Source: Trichosphaerium sp. ATCC 40318
Taxonomy: Eukaryota; Protista; Tubulinea
Direction of reading: 5' to 3'
NCBI GenBank assembly: GCA_038496445.1
Contig: JALMLS010000556.1
Span: 124,001-188,000, forward strand
Length of the DNA stretch: 64,000 nt
Shown here: positions 62,665 to 64,000 of the stretch, in pieces
Layout: each line of letters starts with the position of its first letter
Position numbering within the stretch: the first letter of the stretch is position 1
Translations under genes and position numbers: made by a program
Notes under the pieces: generated by a model
The model's database searches: none
What the model was told of the DNA's origin: nothing
Seen by the model: the letters and a program-made list of their open reading frames with translations, nothing else

Positions 62665-64000
62665 TCAATGCAACTTTGCTCTATTTTGTTCTTCTTGTTC
62701 AGCAGCTTGAGCAGCACGCTTTTGTTTGCGTCTGTAATATTTGACATCAGTGCCAAATACATAATCCCATATTTTAAAGGTTGAAGCAAAATTGCCAGTC
62801 TAAAAGTGTCGTGTAAGCTCAAAAAAATAAAGTGTATCTCAAAGAAGTTACGATTTTTCTTTTGAAGTTAGATACGTACAAAAGTTTCGTGATGGTAGTC
62901 ATGGTACTCAGCACCTGCCCACAATGGGAAGATTTGACTTGGAGCCCATGGAAATTCGTATCCACAGTGAGCTTCAACAGTTTGATACAAACGGAAGAAC
63001 AACCAAACCTAAAAAACCCGAGGTTAGTACAACGTATGAAAGGCCGTTAAATTCTTTAAAAGGGCGTGGCAAATGTCTACACACTAGTAACTTACCCACA
63101 AAGCGAACATGTGACGGCAAAATAGCAAAGGTCCAAGAATAGTGCCCATGCCAAGGAAAATGACTTCAACAAAATGAGCGTACTCAGCGGCCATACCAAA
63201 AGGTGCTATAATTCATTAGTACTGGAGTTACTTTAGAAAGCGATAAGGAGAGGAACCGGTACATAAGTAAGCCCGGTCCACGCTAAAAACTTTCAAAAAG
63301 ACTTTGGTTGATTGCCTCTGTTGAGAGGTGAAGGCGTGCAGCGAAGAGACTTGTATTCTGTACCTGCATGTTCGTGGTGTATTTTATGAATGTATTGATA
63401 CCAGAAACCAGCATGTAACAGGCGATGTACCCAGTAGAAATAAAAATCTTCGACTATGAAGCATCCTACAACCATAGCAGCGAGCGTTGATCTATATAAT
63501 AAAGACGTGAGTAGCTTTTAAATAAAATGATTGTCGGTTCAAAACAAAAGGCGCATGTCCCGAAAACGGAGGGTGAGCGACACGGGAGGCTTGTTTTGGT
63601 GCTAAGTTGGGACTTACACTGGTGGAAGTGGTAGACCTGCACGCATCCCAAGCATTTTTAAGAAAAAATGGCCTCCTCCGATTAGAATAGGTTCAATTAC
63701 GAAATGATTAAATACTACGCCACGGAAACAATTCATATGTACTGCTGACGTATTCAGTTTGTTCTATTGTACCGTAACTTGGTTAGTTTCGAAAAAACAA
63801 AAGCAAGTCGTAAAAAGTGAGAACGAGCGTAAAAAAAAGCGTGAATACCTTTTGGACCTTGTATTTTTGCATTGATGGCATTTGTTCAGCAATGTAGAAT
63901 GGAATATACCTAGTTTAGTGTTAAAGATACAATATTGTGCGCCATTAGCAGTTTATCGTACCAACCAAAGTAAAATAGCTCATGTAAGAGCAATGTGCCA
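62665..64000 (-). CDS. MSMO1: Sterol C4-methyl oxidase (ERG25/MSMO1, fatty acid hydroxylase family); 5' end outside the window
   Basis: His boxes YWVHRLLH, IHKIHHEH and HDYHH; also APFGMAAEYAH, QTVEAHCGYEFPW and WDYVFGTD. Confidence 0.9.

Noticed and set aside
1-64000. Alternative genetic code or stop-codon readthrough suggested by fragmented ORFs
   Set aside because: Every break examined is explained by short spliceosomal introns, and TAA, TAG and TGA all terminate genes.
1-64000. CRISPR arrays, rRNA, telomeric repeats, or transposase/reverse transcriptase genes
   Set aside because: None seen.

Overview
AT-rich, gene-dense, intron-rich nuclear DNA of a microbial eukaryote. An amoebozoan-like protist is plausible but the taxon is inference only. 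The standard genetic code fits every gene modelled. About 26 protein genes were reconstructed by hand across many short introns: MCM4, cytochrome b561, a very large CH-domain/ankyrin protein, a GT37-like fucosyltransferase, C-type-lectin and EGF-like surface proteins, RINT1/TIP20, a SPEC3/Stum-like protein, a berberine-bridge-type FAD oxidase, a Thg1-like 3'-5' polymerase, a Trp-repeat mitochondrial-type protein, UCHL5, an extended uS10m, an ADP-ribosylglycohydrolase, TPR, F-box/MORN and MVP/SPFH-like proteins, and sterol C4-methyl oxidase. Main observations: (1) at least 13 GC-AG introns, 10 of them with the identical donor G|GCACGT, alongside two U12-type introns; (2) a four-member unannotated small-protein family sharing a 'HI..LL.F.L.DY...GP.P' domain; (3) a 71-nt tRNA(UUC) with a mismatched acceptor stem about 370 bp upstream of the Thg1-like gene; (4) candidate horizontally acquired genes, an isolated actin fragment and a candidate Sm-site RNA. 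Gene coordinates are manual and include introns. No database searches were run.
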